Shown here one piece after another: positions 15,508 through 31,164 of a stretch of DNA of 64,000 nucleotides. The DNA comes from Octopus vulgaris (taxonomy: Eukaryota): NCBI GenBank assembly GCA_951406725.2, contig OX597823.1:85932001-85996000 (forward strand), read 5' to 3'. The notes beneath the pieces were generated by a model that saw only the letters and a list, made by a program, of their open reading frames with translations, searched no databases and was not told where the DNA came from. The position numbers and the translations under genes were made by a program. The first letter of the stretch is position 1. Each line of letters starts with the position of its first letter.

Positions 15508-16396
15508 GTGTGTGTGTGTGTGTGTGTGTATATAAATATAACGTATACGATATATATATATATAGCATATATATAATTAGTATGTATATATGTATGTATA
15601 TATATATATACATCATCCTTATATATCATCTATATATATATATGTATGTATGCATATATATGTTTGTATATAAAGAAAAACTTTGTATATCTTCGTGCGT
15701 TTGTATTTTCGCGTTTCTGTCCAGGGAATATGGCTTGATCACTGGTGTTTGTTTGTTTACGTTCCCGTAACCCAGCGCCTCTGCCGAATTGAATTACTTG
15801 ACTTGATATATCCGCTCTAAAGTCGATCCATTGGACTAAGCGGACGCCTGTGTGTTTGTCTGTATATGTGTGTGTGTGTGTGTGTATACACATGTGGTGC
15901 ACACACACACACACACACACACACAACACACACACACATACACAAACATATTGAAAGTAGCAAATCGAAATAAATATATGATTGTGTTTGTCTATTTAGA
16001 GTCCATCCGTGACCCTCTGATGCTTTCATAATAGGTGAGCACCCTTTCGCTTAGCTCACCTCTGTCATGTTACTCTTTTACCCAGCGGCACGTCCAGGGC
16101 GTGAGTGCTGGAAATATAAACAGCGACACCGACTCCAAGTTGTACTCGTTTTGAGCTTAGTAGACTGGAACAAAACGGGACAGTTGAAAGACACAATACA
16201 CACACACACACACACACATCGATATATATATACATTATATATGTGTGTGTGTGTGCGTTTGTGTGAGCGTGTAAATGTGCAAATATTTATGGAATATACT
16301 ATATACAGATGTGTTACATATCTAGTTATTTCTTTGTTAGTTCAGCTATTTATCTCTCACTGTATATGTACATATGTATACATATATATATATATG

Positions 16397-16437
<41 letters not shown>

Positions 16438-16546
16438 TTACACACAATGCATATACACATACGCACACGATTATATAATATATATATATATAAATGTATA
16501 TATATAATATATATAAATGTATATATACATATATATAATTATATAC

Positions 16547-16578
<32 letters not shown>

Positions 16579-17376
16579 TTTATATACATACATTTATATA
16601 TATATATATATACACATTTATATCTTAATATATGTATATATATATTTATATACATACATCTATCTGTCTATATATATGTATACATGTATACATATATATG
16701 TATACATGTATATATATATATGTATACATGTATATATATATACATGTATACATGTACATTTTTATATATATGAGTATACGTATATATGTATATGTACATA
16801 TAAAAGTGTATTTACATTACCGTCAATATATATATATTTATATATATATATTGACAGTAATGTAAATATATATATATATATATATATATACTTGTGTATA
16901 TATATATATATACTTGTGTATACATGCATATATACATGCATACATACATACATACATACATACATACACAAACACACATATAACACAATACACACACATA
17001 CACAAATACACACACAAACACAAGCTCACATACACACACGTATATGAAATGCGTAATATGTGTGCGTTTGCGACCATGAAGCTTCTTATATTCTTTATTA
17101 TCTGTCAATCATCATGCATGGTTGTCTTTTAATTCTTAGAGGCTGAGAGAATTAAACCGCTGTAAACAATACGACGAGCCCTCTCTCCACAGTTTGCTCT
17201 CTTCTTTCGTACAGTAATACGCACTGTTGTCTGATGAATTAGTCACGCATTTATGCATATAGACCTGTAATGTCTGGAGAATCGTATATCTTATGTATAA
17301 TGTTCCATATTAAGACATACACACGAACACATACATCTACACACAAACACCCTGACGAATACACATGGCTCTCCTT

Positions 17377-17438
<62 letters not shown>

Positions 17439-17733
17439 ATGCGTGTGTGTATGTGTCTTTATGCACACTGGTATGTATTGAGACCGAACTCTTTGTCCCG
17501 TCTTATATATGAGTATAGGATACACACACACACAAACACACACATACGCACGCACAAACACACCCCAGCACACACCAACACAGGCACAATGATATATATA
17601 TATACACACACACACATACTTACACTATCTCACACAGACACATATATATGTATATATAATAATATATAGATGTAAATATATATATATCAATAGAAATATA
17701 TTACATATATGCGTGCGTGTGTATGCATATATA

Positions 17734-17769
<36 letters not shown>

Positions 17770-18275
17770 TGTATGCATGTAAATTTGTGTTTATATATAA
17801 ATATATATATATATATATATGTGTGCGTGTGTATATATATTTATATGCATACATACATATATATATGTATATATATATACATACGTAAGTACGCACACAC
17901 ACTTACACACGCAAACACACACACACACATATATGTACATAGGTTTTTTTTTTTCTTTTTTTTAGCTGGTAATGGTTTTCAGTGCATTTCGCAAATAAAA
18001 TCGCTCTTCATGTTTGAAGCTCCGATGGAGCAATATAGTGATGCTCGAACACTCAACTATGACTGCATTGCTTCTCATAGCAGAAACATTTGTAAGCTAA
18101 TGAAATGCGTATGAAGCTCCTGACATAATTTCTTTTCCTTTGTCACTATAATTTCATATATATATAGAAGCGTATGTATACATATATTCATGTGTGTGTA
18201 TAATGTGTGTGAGTGAGTGTATGCATGTATATCTATATATATACATACATATATATATATATGTATATATATAAG

Positions 18276-18329
<54 letters not shown>

Positions 18330-18490
18330 TACATATACACACACATATATATATATATATACGTACATATATATATTTATATATATATACATACATATAC
18401 ACACACACACACATATATATATATACATACATACATATACACACACATATATATATATACATACATATACACACACATATATATATACAC

Positions 18491-18529
<39 letters not shown>

Positions 18530-18549
18530 CATATATATGTATATATACA

Positions 18550-18587
<38 letters not shown>

Positions 18588-18617
18588 TATACACATATAT
18601 ATATATATATATATGCA

Positions 18618-18653
<36 letters not shown>

Positions 18654-18695
18654 TGTACATATATATATATATATACATGTGCATATATATATATA

Positions 18696-18756
<61 letters not shown>

Positions 18757-19323
18757 ATGTGTGTGTGTGTGTGTACACACACATGCAGGTCATACACGTG
18801 TCCACAAGAAACAGGTGGGTGTTTTTTTAACTTAACAAACAGTATTCTTATTTCGTCTCCCTCAAAATTGAGTCACTAACCCCTTCACCACCCCCATGTC
18901 ATGCACCCTTTTATGACCAGGGCCCCAACAAAACAACAACAACTATAACAATGACAACAACAATAGCAACAACAAACAAACATGAAACAGCCAGATAGAT
19001 TTTTTTTCTTGGTCAAAAGTCCTGCTAAGTAAAAAAAAAAAAATGTCTAAAATTTTATTCATCCTTCTTAAAAAGAAATGAATTTCAACATTAATGGCTC
19101 AAATGTTACACGGTTAAAATGCACGGTGTAGAACGAAAGGATGGTCACGGATGAATTGTGAATAAGGTTTGAAAGAAACATCGATTTAAGAATATCTCTG
19201 TTCCCTCTGCAAGCATCTGCGAAAAATAGCAACGTAGTCTGCCTCATTAAAACAAACTGTCGTTAAAAAAGAGAAAAAATAGAAAAGACCGATGGATGTA
19301 TTTACAAAATGCCTGTCCCTCAA

Positions 19324-19360
<37 letters not shown>

Positions 19361-19781
19361 GCACACATGCACCCACGCACGCATACACATACGCGCGCAC
19401 ACACAGTTACACTTACGCTTATTTATACTGACAATATACGAAGCTGCACACACGCAGATTCATTCACACACGCATTGTGTCCTGCGCTTTCGGTACACGC
19501 GGACGTATATACGTGTACGCCCAGATTTAATCTTTCATTCAGATTCATGCCTATAGAAACACACACACACACAAGCACATGTATGCATACGTACATACAC
19601 ACCCGCACAAACACTCGCGCATTCTTATACATACTCTCACACACACATATAAACTCGTATAAACAGTAACACACACTCACACACACATATAAAGACGTAT
19701 AAACAAGAACACACACACACACACACACACAGATTGACATAAACACTCACAGTCATACAATTACACACACACAAACATATA

Positions 19782-20362
<581 letters not shown>

Positions 20363-20829
20363 AAACACTCAAGAGCATTCAATTCCATACACACATACAC
20401 ATACATTCACACACACACAGACACGGACGCACACACATACACACACACACGAGTAAAAGTGTCATAGCTATGGCCAGAATAGCTACGATCTTAATCTATT
20501 TATTCACTCACAGCTGACCTGGGGTTAAACAACATCAGCAACAACAAAATCACTTACAGCGGCAGCTATAGCAACATCAACAACAGTAACAACCATAAAA
20601 CGAAGTTTTAGGTCAGGTTCCACCTTACATCAGCCAGCGCTTATCAAGCGGACCAATGATCAAAAGCTTTCAGTCTGTGAGGCATAGCATACGGTCCTTT
20701 TTACAGCAGTATCAACGGCGCAATTGCGTAATATGTAGGGGTGTGATAAAGGGAATAAATTGGCTGCTATTTCTAGTACATCTGGTGGCTACTTAGAGGC
20801 CCCATCGTCGTCCAGTGTTGAAGTGTTTA

Positions 20830-21230
20830 TTCTTTTACTCTTCGGCTTGTTTCAGTCATTTGACTGCGGCCATGCTGCAGCACCGCCTTTAGTCGATCAC
20901 ATCGACCCTAGGACTTATTCTTTGTAAGCCTAGTACTTATTCTATCGGTATCTCTTTTGTCGAACCGCTAGGTTACGGGGACGTAAACACGCAAGCATCG
21001 GTTGTCAGGCGATGCTGGGGGGGGGGGGGACAAACACACACATATATATGTATGTGTGCATACGTATATACGACGGGCTTCTTTCAGTTTCCGTCTACCA
21101 GATCCACTCACAGGGCTTTGACCGGCCCGAGGCTATAGTAGAAGACACTTGCCCAAGGTGTCACGCAGTGGGACTGAACCCGGTACCATATGATTGGTAA
21201 GCAAGCTACTTACCACACAACCTCTCCTGC
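20830..21230 (-). mobile_element. SINE family A, full length
   Basis: Complete copy, followed by (ATT)n. Confidence 0.92.
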
Positions 21231-21272
<42 letters not shown>

Positions 21273-21290
21273 CATTATTATTATGTTTTT

Positions 21291-21711
21291 CTATCTTTTG
21301 ACTTGCTTCAGTCGTTTATATTGCGGCCATACTGGAGCACCGCCTTGAAGAAATTTAGTACTGACAAATGGACCCCCACCCCTAGCATTTATTTTTAAAA
21401 TGTTAAACCTGACTCTATCCCTCTCATTCTCTCTTTCTCTTTCTTGCCAAACAGCTAAGTTACAGGGATGTAAACACACCAACTCCGGTTGACGGGCGGT
21501 GGTGGTGAGATAAACACGGAGATAAAGGTACACACACACAACACACATACATACGATGGACATCTTTCAGTTTCCGTCTTCCAAATCCACTCGCAAGGTT
21601 TTGGTTGGCCCAAAGTTATAGTAGAAGATACTTGCTCAAGGTGCCACGCAGTGGGACTGAACTCGGAACCATGTGGTTGGGAAGCAAGCTTCTTACCACG
21701 CAGCCACGCCT
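21291..21711 (-). mobile_element. SINE family A (older subfamily)
   Basis: Tail GCGGCCATACTGGAGCACCGCC, head GGGACTGAACTCGGAACCATGTGGTTGGGAAG. Confidence 0.85.
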
Positions 21712-21778
21712 GTTTATCTAATAGTGAAATTTATCATCTTAATAAAACAGCCATTTTTTATTTTATTTTATCCTTAAT

Positions 21779-22017
21779 TTTTACTTGTTTCACTGGACAG
21801 CGGCCATTCTGGAGTATCGCCTGGAGGGGTTTCAGTCGAACAAATCAACCCCTGTATTTTTGTTTTAATTAATTTCTTTTAATGTCTGGCGCTTTTGCCG
21901 AACCGTATATTACGGAAATGCAAACAAACCATCACCGTTGTTAAGAGGGGAGGAACCAAACATAAAGACAGATACATAAAAACATACATATACACCTACA
22001 TTTATGCGTGTATATAA

Positions 22018-22099
<82 letters not shown>

Positions 22100-22245
22100 T
22101 ATAGACTTCTACAGAGCTCCTGTCTATCATATTCACAACGCTCAGGTGTTTAATAGAAAACACTTACTCATGGTGACACGCATTGGAACTGAACCTGAAA
22201 CCACGTGGTTACAAAACAGGCTTCTTAACCACACAGCCACGCCTA
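21779..22245 (-). mobile_element. SINE family A, degenerate
   Basis: Diverged tail, and head GGAACTGAACCTGAAACCACGTGG...ACCACACAGCCACGCCT. Confidence 0.7.
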
Positions 22246-23431
22246 TAAATATTTATATAAACATAATATTGAAATAACAACAAAATCTGCGGAAACGGTG
22301 TTTTCTGATTTAAGCCCAAGGCTAGCAGTTATTGGTGGTGGTGGCTGGAGGGAAAATCGATGCCGTCGACCACAGATGAGCGAAAGATAAAGTTGTCCTC
22401 GACGTGTTTCGAACTCAAAGTGTTACTAAACCCAGAGATATAATTCCCATAAGCATGTTCACCATTGCCGCTGGTGCTTAAACGATTCCACCAGAACAAT
22501 GATTTGCGCTGACAAAATAAGTAGAGTAAAGCCGTGGTTATAGAGCAAGAGAGAAAAAAAAATTTTCCCAACTGACCGTATTTACGCGAACCGGTTTCGA
22601 TGCCAGGTTGAACTATCTATCTATTTGCTTATTTAAACATTTACGCGCGCGCACGCACACACACACACACACATATAGGGGTTTCCCATTGGTAGTTATG
22701 TGGTAGTAGTTGTAGTAGTAGTAGCTTTTTTTAAAGTTTAGCGACCCAATCTTGACCATGCAGTATCATATATATGTATATATACACACACACATATATA
22801 TATGTGTGTGTGAGTCTGTGTGTGTATATATATATATTCAAATAAAACCGTATAGTCCATGTCATTGCAGTTCTCTTTTAAAATCTTTTTTTTATTATTT
22901 GAAAACAATAGGGGTGTTCTGATTAGAAGGAAATGTACCTGCTATTTCTACCTGCCTTTCACAGGTTCGCGTAGCGGTTCCCTTGTTCACTCGCCGAACC
23001 AATGTTTACAAAGCATGCTAAATGCATATGAAAAATAATACATCTCATTTTTGCCGGCAGGGAATGGAGATTTAAATAAAAGTTTTTTAAGAATTTTGCT
23101 TCTTCTCTCTTATAAATTCGTTCGCTGCCTTTTGATTAAGTGAAATTATTTTACTACACGTCATTAATATAAGTGTAATTAATATAAATATATATTTTAT
23201 CGTTGATTGGAGGCGTCGATTTTTCTAAGAAGCACGCACGCTGAAAGTCTTAAAATATTTACTATTTTTAATATTTTAAGTTCAAATACTAGCGCAGTTG
23301 GCTTTTAAGTTCCTTCTTGGATTAAGTAACATGGGTAGGTGGAAAGCACGTGTTTAGGACACCCGGGAAATTAAGGATTATTTGCATTGCCGACTTTCAC
23401 GTGGTACAAATGCTAACTTTTATATATATAA

Positions 23432-23712
23432 CGCCTTGAAGAATTTAGTCAAACAAATCGACTCTAGTACTTATTCAGTAGGTCTCATTTTGCCAAACCA
23501 AGTTACAGGGATGTAAACAAACTAACACTGGTTGTCAAGCTGTGGTGGGCTTCAAACACAAACAGCTATATATATATATATATATATATGCCTTCTTTCA
23601 GTTTCTGTCTACCAAATCCACTCATAAGGCACTGGTAGGCGTTCCGACTTCAGTGGGACTGAACCTGTAACTATGTGGCTGGGAAGCCAACTTCTTACCA
23701 CACATCCACGCC
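23432..23712 (-). mobile_element. SINE family A, degenerate
   Basis: Body AAGTTACAGGGATGTAAACAA, head GTGGGACTGAACCTG. Confidence 0.75.
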
Positions 23713-23748
23713 GGTGCCTTTAGTTGTTTCTTTTTTGTATCACCTAAC

Positions 23749-23848
23749 TATCTGGATATTTTGAGTTCTTGTCCCATTTTGTATTTTATACATATATGTA
23801 TCTATGTATAAAATACAAAATGGGACAAGAACGCAAAATATCCAGATA
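23749..23848. repeat. Palindrome with arms of about 45 bp
   Basis: TATCTGGATATTTTGAGTTCTTGTCCCATTTTGTATTTTATACATA / TATGTATAAAATACAAAATGGGACAAGAACGCAAAATATCCAGATA, one mismatch. The arm end resembles the repeat fragment ending at about 12460-12487. Confidence 0.85.
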
Positions 23849-23871
23849 CATTCATACATACTTACATACAT

Positions 23872-23906
<35 letters not shown>

Positions 23907-23909
23907 TAT

Positions 23910-23983
<74 letters not shown>

Positions 23984-24760
23984 CATTTATGCTACTTTCA
24001 AGTTAATAATTTGCTTTAAAATAAACTTAAAATGATAAAGGTCAGGCACACAGCTATAGTTAATACAGTTGGGTAGGATATATGGTCTGGAATAAAAAGT
24101 GAATTTTTAATCACTGATTTAACATTTATTACATATGATATCATAATGAGTTAACAAACAATGAAAGATTCGAAAGAGATCATTCCACATAAGGCATCAG
24201 TTTACCTAAATCCAGCTCTACCTTCTGGTATGGATAACGACCAAAAACATTAGAATTTAAGCCACGTTTAAATCAACTACCATTACCGAATAACTATTCA
24301 CAGTGGGACCATAAACCATTTAAAAACCGAACGTCATGAGCTTGTACAGATTACTAGAAATAGTAACCAAAGCACCTGAACTTTTACCTCACTCTTTCCC
24401 GCCTTAACATAACACATATTATGCAATGAAATCCCGAGTGGCTGATGCAGCAATAAAATCCGATCATAAAATCTGTTTGATAACAAATGACCTGGGATTA
24501 CAGGAAAACGACAACATAGTTAAAATACTTGCTCTCTGTACCATGACAAGCTTTACCCAAAGCATTAAGTCCTTTCGTCAACCCCATAACATGCAAATTT
24601 ATTCAAATTTACATATATTATGAACTCATAACAACACCTAAGTTCGGTGGGCTGTGCATCAGATTTCTTTCTTTTCTCGATACTATAATTTAAAAAATTT
24701 CATAGAAAAGTGTGATATAACTTTTCTAGTTACTTCAATAGCAAAATATTTATTTCGTTT

Positions 24761-24925
24761 TAGGGTCAACGTCTATTGAAAAGGTTGCAAGGAGCAACGA
24801 AAATTTTAGATAAAATTTTGAAATAAATTAGTAAATGAGAGGAAATCGAACCGGTGAGTGAGTTAATTAATAAGGCAATTAAAACAGAATGACTCCCCAG
24901 ACACAATAAAATATTTATTGAATTT
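24761..24925 (+). mobile_element. Penelope-like tail repeat with variant hammerhead (24771-24811)
   Basis: GTCTA-TTGAAAA-G-GTTGC-AAGGA-GCAAC-GAAA-AT-TT-TAGAT. The downstream GGAAATCGAACCGGTGAGTGAGTTAATTAATAAGGCA...GACTCCCCAGACACAA is homologous to the arms of the 39562-39734 palindrome. Confidence 0.6.
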
Positions 24926-24985
<60 letters not shown>

Positions 24986-25020
24986 AAGGAAGTAGATAAA
25001 TTCTAAACTTCCTTATTTAT

Positions 25021-25195
25021 TCTATCTCTTCCTTGTTGCACTCATTGGACTGCGGCCATGCTGGGGCACAACTTTTAAGAGTTTAGTCGAACAAATCTAT
25101 CCCACGACATTTTTTAAGTCTGGTGCGTAAAGAAACAAATAACGGGTGCTAGGGTGCCAAGCGCTGGATGGGAACAAAAACAACCCCCCCTCATA

Positions 25196-25276
<81 letters not shown>

Positions 25277-25471
25277 GTTCGACGGGTTTCCACACATTAT
25301 ATATTATTCCGTTTACCAAATTCTCATTATATATTATTCCATTTACCAAATTCTCTCTAAAGGCATTGGTCAGCCTGGGGTTGACCAATGTACATACACT
25401 ACAAGACATTTGCCCAAGATACCACACACTGGGGTTGAACACAAAACCCCGTGATGCAAAACTAATTTCTT
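25021..25471 (-). mobile_element. SINE family A, degenerate, with internal 29-bp tandem duplication
   Basis: Tail GACTGCGGCCATGCTGGGGCAC; duplicated CATTATATATTATTCC(G/A)TTTACCAAATTCT at about 25295-25355. Confidence 0.7.
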
Positions 25472-26328
25472 AGTCTGTGACTATTAAAATACATAATTCT
25501 TTTAGAATTACGTAGAAATTGCGAAAAATTTCTTACAAGATATCAAAGTCAGAATTCTGGCGTACCTTAGTTACTTTAGTTTAAAAGCAAGAATAAAAGA
25601 TTTAAATGATATCAGATATTTTCAGGTACAAAAGCTAAGGGTTTCATTTTATTCAGGATCATTTAGGGGTCACGAAGTAAGAAATATATTAGGGGTATTT
25701 AATTTCTGTCACTTTTGGTGATATGGCACGATGCATTTTAAACTATATCAGCTGATGGATGTCTCACGCCTCGTCATTTCAATTACGGTGTATATGAATA
25801 TACATACAAATATATTCATACATACAGTACATATATACATGCGTATATATATGTGTGTATGTGTGTGTATGTATTATGTATGTGAGCGTGTACAATGTAT
25901 ATATATTTATATATATGTATGCACATACCTATATAAATTCATATAAGTATGTATATACATACATATATATGTGTGTGTGTGTGTATATACACAGATATAT
26001 ATATATATATATATATACATGCATATATATGCATATATATAAATATGTATGTATATATATTTATATATATACATACATATGAATACATACATATATATAT
26101 ACATATGAATATATATATATATACAAATATATACATATATATACACATGTATATACATACATATACCTATATATACATACACACACACACATATATATAT
26201 ATATATAAATATATATATATATGAACACATACATATAGGCCCTCAACCCATATACAAAATATATTTTTGTGTGTCTGTTTACATATAATTATATATACAT
26301 ATATATTCATACATGTATGAATAGACGT

Positions 26329-26365
<37 letters not shown>

Positions 26366-26468
26366 CATATATATATATAAATACACACACATGTATGAAT
26401 GTATATCAATAAATAAATATATATACATATATATGAATGTACGCATATTTATATGTATGTATATATAT

Positions 26469-26532
<64 letters not shown>

Positions 26533-27027
26533 GCATATATATGCACATATTTAGTTATATATATATAAATATATAAATATATATATAAAATATATAGATA
26601 CGTGAACGTATGTATGTATGCATGTTTTCTAGGTGGAGGCTTGTCTCATGGTTCCGTGTTTGATACCACTGCGCTGTACCTTAAGACCTGCCGTTGGGTG
26701 ATAAATTACCTTGCGGATAGGGTTTAGTAAACAGAACATATGTATGTGTGCATTCGTCTGTGCGAGCGTGTGTGCCTGTGAGTGTACGTGCGGGCATTCA
26801 TACGTGCCTGTATGTGTGCGCGCGTCTGCGTATGTAAGCGCGCGCGCGCGTGTGTGTGTGTGTGCGTTCTGACATCTAGATGAAAAAATAAAAAAAAAAC
26901 TACATAACTGGACATGTATCTTTAATATACTGCAATTTCGACAAACAGAAATCGATAAAATATGCTCCAGAATGAGATACTGGACTCAGCCATGCGATGA
27001 GTTTAATCTTCAGCCGTTGTCCCTTAA

Positions 27028-27418
27028 CATACATACATACATACATACATACATACATACATACATACATAACATACATACATACATACATACACACATA
27101 CATACATACATACATACATACCTACATACATACATACACACACATACATACACACATACATACATACACACATACATACATACATACACACACACATACA
27201 TGCATACATACATACATACATACATACATACATACACACACATATACATACACACATACATACATACATACATACACACACATACATACATACATACATA
27301 CATACATACATACATACATACATACATACATACATACACACACATACATACACACATACATACATGCATACATACATACATACATACATACATACATACA
27401 CACATACATACATACATA
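27028..27418. repeat. (TACA)n tetranucleotide array
   Basis: Direct inspection; the reverse (TATG)n array lies at about 32688-32918. Confidence 0.95.
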
Positions 27419-27641
27419 CTCTGTTGTTGATGTTGAAATTCCATTGAAGGAGCCTCGGATCTAGGTTAGAATTCGGCCCTTTCTCTATTGGCAAGAAATC
27501 TTGAAATACAACTGAATAATGACATACATACATACATACATACATACATACATACATACATACATACATACATAGTGGCACATACATGAGCATATATATG
27601 CATATGAATACGTATATATATAAACGCATACAATCAGTTAT

Positions 27642-27712
<71 letters not shown>

Positions 27713-27841
27713 GTCTCAGTTTTACTTGTTTCAACAAGAGGTTGTGGTTGTGTTAGCGTACTGGCATTGGTGAAATTACTTCGTTAGCTGTTTTTTTTTT
27801 TTGATTTCACTTCCACGACCACCCTTATATATATATATCTA

Positions 27842-27912
<71 letters not shown>

Positions 27913-29099
27913 GTGTGTGCATATATATATATATATATATATACTCAGAGTTTCTGTGATGTCTTTGCAGCTTTATTAATAAAGTATGTGTGTGTGTGTG
28001 TGTGTATGTGTGTGTGTGTGTGTGTGCATGAATACATATATTGATAGATAAACAGATAGACCGAAACACACACACACACACACACACATACATACATACA
28101 TAAATATCTACATACATACATACCTACATGCATACATGTAAAGTAACCCAAAAACGTATGTGTGTGCGTTTGTGTGTCTGTGTGCGCGTGTGTGTGTGAA
28201 GAGAAAGTGAGATCGACAGACAAACAGACAGATAGAAAGACAGAGACAGAGATGTACAGACATATGTGTACGTGTGTGGACATTATTGTTTACGAAATTT
28301 CCAAGAAACTTTCTTGCTTAGTTGATCGGTTCGAAGCAGGCCACACACGTATTGTCATCGCAACAAAAGTGAAAGCATATTCCTTACAACCATCTATATA
28401 TGAACGATTAGTAAATATTTACAAACATACACGAGACATCCTACATAGAAATATGCACGCGTATATACGTGTGTTTGTGTGTGAGAGTGTGTGCGTATGT
28501 GTATGCATGCACCTGTAAACATATAAGCGTTTATATACACGCTAATCTGAAGAATGAGACTTTTACACAATAAATACACATGTTTATGTATATAATAACA
28601 AGAAAATGAAAACAGAATGTTATGACAATCAGAGAGCAACCGGTACATCGGCAATAAAATCTATTTAATATATATACATAATACTGTAATAAACAAATAT
28701 TAAGTAAATATTATTATATAACTATATAAATACATTATTAATGGATGTATAGATTTACACGTTGTCTTCGAATTGAGAAGTTTAAAACAGCGAAAGTAAA
28801 TAAAGGGAAACGTGTGTGAATATTATACATACATACACATAAACACAAACATGCGTACACACAGACACGAAACATACATACATACATACACAAAACATAC
28901 ATACATACACACACACGCATATTTATATATATATATATACATATACATACATATTTACATTTATACACACACAAATATATACAGAGAAGAATGTTTATAG
29001 ATAAAACCTCTCACCTGTAAAGTACAGCTATGGAAGATATATTTTCATATCAATCGTTCTATTACCGATAGTAATTCCATGGACGTCAGTTCCTTTACG

Positions 29100-30131
29100 C
29101 CATTCCGCCACCGCCACCACCACCGCCATTTCCACTACCACCGCCCCCACCGCCATCTTATTTGAAAAACCAGCACCAACATCGCCGCCATGTTTCATCA
29201 CTACCTATAATTATCCATCGTCGCCACCAGCATCATGACCCTGTCCGACGCACCGCCCCTCCCCTCCACCTACTACTACTACTACTACTACTACTGCCAC
29301 TACAGAGCCGTTACTTTTGCCCGGCATCTCCCCGCCTCCTTTCGTGCACCTGCCTCTTCCCGCCACCTTCTTTAATCTTGCTGCAATCTGGATGATATAC
29401 AAAAAAAAAAAGAAAATATATAAAATAAAATACGATAAAAAAATAAACAATTAAACAAATATTTCGACACCAAAACCCCCATCACTGTTGTTGCCAATAC
29501 CAATACACTAGCCACCACCGGCCCACTATCGCCATCACTACAATCTCTACTTTAACCAAGCGCTACTGTTTTCGCTACCTCCACCACCACTACCACCACC
29601 ACCACCATCACACTAGCATTATAACCAGCACTATCACCTATACTACTTCTACAGCGTCGACTACCGCCACACTAGCACCATCACTACAATCTCTACTTTA
29701 ACTAAGCTCTTCGACTGTCACTAACACCACTCCCACTGTTACCAATACTACCACAACGACAATCATCATACTATCACCGCCACTAGAACGTTGCTACCAT
29801 CTCTACTTTAACAAGACACCACCACTATGGCTACCACCAACACAAGCATAACCCATACTACCAGTATACTACCCCGTCAACAACAACCACTCTTACGACG
29901 ACAACGACGATTGTAACACTAGTACCGAGTCTAACACATACCTCATCACTACCATCTCTACTACCACCAACACTATCACTACCACCAAGACCATTACAAC
30001 AAAAACCATTACTACTACTACTACTACTACTACTATCGTTGCCATCGACATCAATACAGTTCATCACAACCGCCGCTGTCACCACAGTTATGTTCGACTC
30101 CGTACAAGTTGCTTCACTCTAAAAACTATAA

Positions 30132-30171
<40 letters not shown>

Positions 30172-30192
30172 TGTTGTTGTTGTTGTTGTTGT
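29100..30192 (+). repeat. Cryptic (ACC/ACT)n trinucleotide region ending in (TAG)n(TTG)n
   Basis: C/A-rich triplet texture with three copies of ATCTCTACTTTAAC at about 29542, 29689 and 29799; no long ORF. Confidence 0.8.
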
Positions 30193-30194
30193 TT

Positions 30195-30480
30195 TTGTTT
30201 AGCTCCCTCAACGGGTCAAGCCTGATCGAGCAGACCAGTCCAAGACCTTTGGATACCCCCATTATCGATTCTATAAAGGGTTCCAGCCACGACCTCTGCA
30301 TTCTGCTTTGTGCGTGTGTATGTATGTGTATTTGTGTGTGTAGGGGTTATATTTAGAAGGACTACTTTTAGCTAATCTGTAGTGTCCTTATCTAATAAAA
30401 CAGGGTCCTATTTAATGAAAACTCAGTTGCTATTTCTAACGAATCGAACGTACGGCCATGTGGAGGGGATCCTTCAGTAA
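30195..30480 (+). repeat. Unclassified old interspersed repeat (GCTATTTCTA family)
   Basis: The motif (G/T)GCTATTTCTA(G/A/C)...TAGAGGC-like recurs at about 20760, 22940, 30428 and 30712. Confidence 0.45.
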
Positions 30481-30869
30481 GAGAAGTGTAAAACTATGTA
30501 TGTATGTATGTATGTATGTGTATTTGTGCCTGTGTGCTTTAGCGTTGTTTAACCGAAGGTCATTTCTGACTGTTTTCTCATCTATAATGAAACATGTTCT
30601 ATGAGTGACCAGCCCGTTTGTTATTAACGGATGTATCTAATGATAACATTATCCCGCATGTCATTTGGGGCTGAAGGTAAAGGAACTGACAGTGTTTGGA
30701 GAAGACTTGAGTGCTATTTCTAGCAGGTCCAATGACCTGGCAGAGACCTCTGTTATATGGCTGAAGCTCGCGTGTTTGTCGGCACATCTGTACATATTTA
30801 TGTATAAACAGTGTGTGTGTGAGAAAGATAGATAGATGTATGTGTGTGTGTGTATATATATATATATTA

Positions 30870-31016
30870 GCTTCTTTCCATCTCCGTCTACCAAATCCAC
30901 TTTGGTCGGTCCGAGGATATAGAAGACACTTGCCCAAGGTGTTACGCGGTGGGACTGAACCCAGGACCATATGGTTGGTAAGCAAGCTACTTACCACACA
31001 GCCACTCCAGCGCCTA
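30870..31016 (-). mobile_element. SINE family A, 5' half
   Basis: CCGTCTACCAAATCCAC...GAAGACACTTGCCCAAGG...GGGACTGAACCCAGG...ACCACACAGCCACTCCAGCGCCT. Confidence 0.85.
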
Positions 31017-31085
31017 TGTATATACATATGTATGCAAATACATACATCTATATATAAATACACACACACACACTCACACATATGT

Positions 31086-31117
<32 letters not shown>

Positions 31118-31124
31118 CTATCTA

Positions 31125-31164
<40 letters not shown>

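Noticed and set aside
29100-30100. Mucin-like Thr-rich coding exon
   Set aside because: The frames are interrupted by stops and no long ORF or clear splice sites were found; this is cryptic simple sequence.
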